Source of the DNA: Selaginella moellendorffii
Taxonomy: Eukaryota > Plantae > Lycopodiophyta
Direction of reading: 5' to 3'
Length of the DNA: 64,000 bases
Assembly (NCBI RefSeq): GCF_000143415.4
Contig: NW_003314276.1
Coordinates: forward strand, 391,906 to 455,905
In this document: in pieces, positions 62,766 to 64,000 of the stretch
Numbering within the stretch: the first letter of the stretch is position 1
Layout of the letters: every line of letters begins with the position of its first letter
The notes under the pieces: generated by a model
Databases searched by the model: none
What the model was told of the DNA's origin: nothing
What the model saw: the letters and a program-made list of their open reading frames with translations, nothing else
Position numbers and translations under genes: made by a program

Positions 62766-64000
62766 CTCACTCAACAGTAACTTGATTTTAGAATATTCTA
62801 GAATACTCTGACGTGAATGATGGTTACATGTACAGTGCCACCATCATTTTATCGCCGTCACTGCACAGAAAATGATGGTGACAGTCACATGTGCAGCGTC
62901 TCTAAGCTGGGAACTCCGTGTTAGGAACTAAATCTCAAGACCTTGGTCTAAAACACTGCTCAAGAATTGTATAGCTCTCACACCAAGAGTACATGCCTCA
63001 CTCATTATATCCTGAGCTTCATTTGCCTTAGTACTTGCCATTTTCCTAGAAGAAATTGCTAGCCTGCTTCAGCCACAGTAAGCTTCATCTCACGCATGGG
63101 ATGTTCAAACAGAGAAGCAGGCTATTATGCCTCAAAAAGCAAACCTTTGCCCCAATTTATTGCATCACATTTGAGACACTGATGCTAGCAATGTGTGCCT
63201 GTCCTTCATTTGATGGACCATGTTAGAGGTGCTGGAGAAAGATATCAGTGACCTGTTGGGAGCATGATAAGAGTAGTCATGCTCATGACATCAATGCTTT
63301 GAGCACAATGCTAGAAGCAGTGGCTCCTGTGTCACCTCACACCATAACTGGGACAAGCTCTCATTAAGAAGCAAGAGTGATTGTCACCCTGAGGCTCAAG
63401 AACACTCACACTCAGCACCCACTGCTCATCTCCTCTGTCCTCTAAGCATGAACCACTTTGTCACATCAGCACTTAGTCCTAACGGCGTGACCTTAGCCCA
63501 TTTCAATGTCAACAAAGCACATCTTCAACTGTTTCCAGGGTTCCGATGGCACGAGCACCAAACTTCAAAACATAATACTTGTTTAATCTATTTGACAAGT
63601 AAACCGTTAGGAGCAAGATGTTTTAATTTATTTGCAAGGTCAACATTGCGACACTCCCATGTACAAGCATGATTAAGAAGCCCTGATCAAATGCAGTACG
63701 AGGCACCATATCAGATGATTGAATTGAGACGAAGAATTTCTGTGAGAACCACTGAGGTTGTCACTAGTGGACGTTGGCTGCATGAGGTGAAGTGTTTCGT
63801 TATTTTAGGATCCAGATCGAGGCACCTTTGCAACTAATATGCCAGGCTCCAAGAAACCATTTTGTAAGTATGATGGTACATGCTTGAGGTGTTTTGAATT
63901 GAGACAAGTAGGCGTTTCTACAAGCCTTTCTTTCGCGTAACATGGTCAAAAAGCACAGCTTGTTTATACTCGTGTGTTGGAATCTGCAAGGAACTATCAA

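Larger units (their letters stand above)
58849..62902. mobile_element. PIF/Harbinger DNA transposon carrying captured host-gene fragments
   Basis: TIRs (T/G)AGACGCT(T/G)CACATGTGAC at both ends. TAA TSD at 58846-58848 and 62903-62905. Convergent Myb/trihelix and transposase genes. Confidence 0.9.

Overview
Repeat-dense eukaryotic DNA from a land plant. Very short 47-57 bp GT-AG introns and Tcn1-like chromoviruses suggest a lycophyte or other non-seed plant (inference). The window has no intact host gene. It is a stack of nested transposons: (i) at least six Ty3/Gypsy-type LTR families, including decayed chromoviruses, two large non-coding LARD-like elements, a 394-bp TRIM and a young 5.6-kb chromovirus with intact pol, a -1 frameshift signal and an apparent self-priming PBS; (ii) a 4-kb PIF/Harbinger element with TIRs and TAA TSD carrying captured COG2 and cyclophilin (CYP28-like) fragments; (iii) the most unusual feature, a roughly 11-kb DNA element (about 16.2-32.5 kb once the nested Gypsy is removed). 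This element has a Sola/DUF7869-like DDE transposase and a divergent, large multi-exon gene with ParB-like, putative degenerate amino-methyltransferase and FCP1/NIF-like regions. It is studded with about 19 copies of a 22-bp palindrome, ATGGCRTG-N6-CAYGCCAT, in introns, intergenic DNA and coding linkers. Domain calls come from motif recognition by eye and need HMM or structure confirmation.
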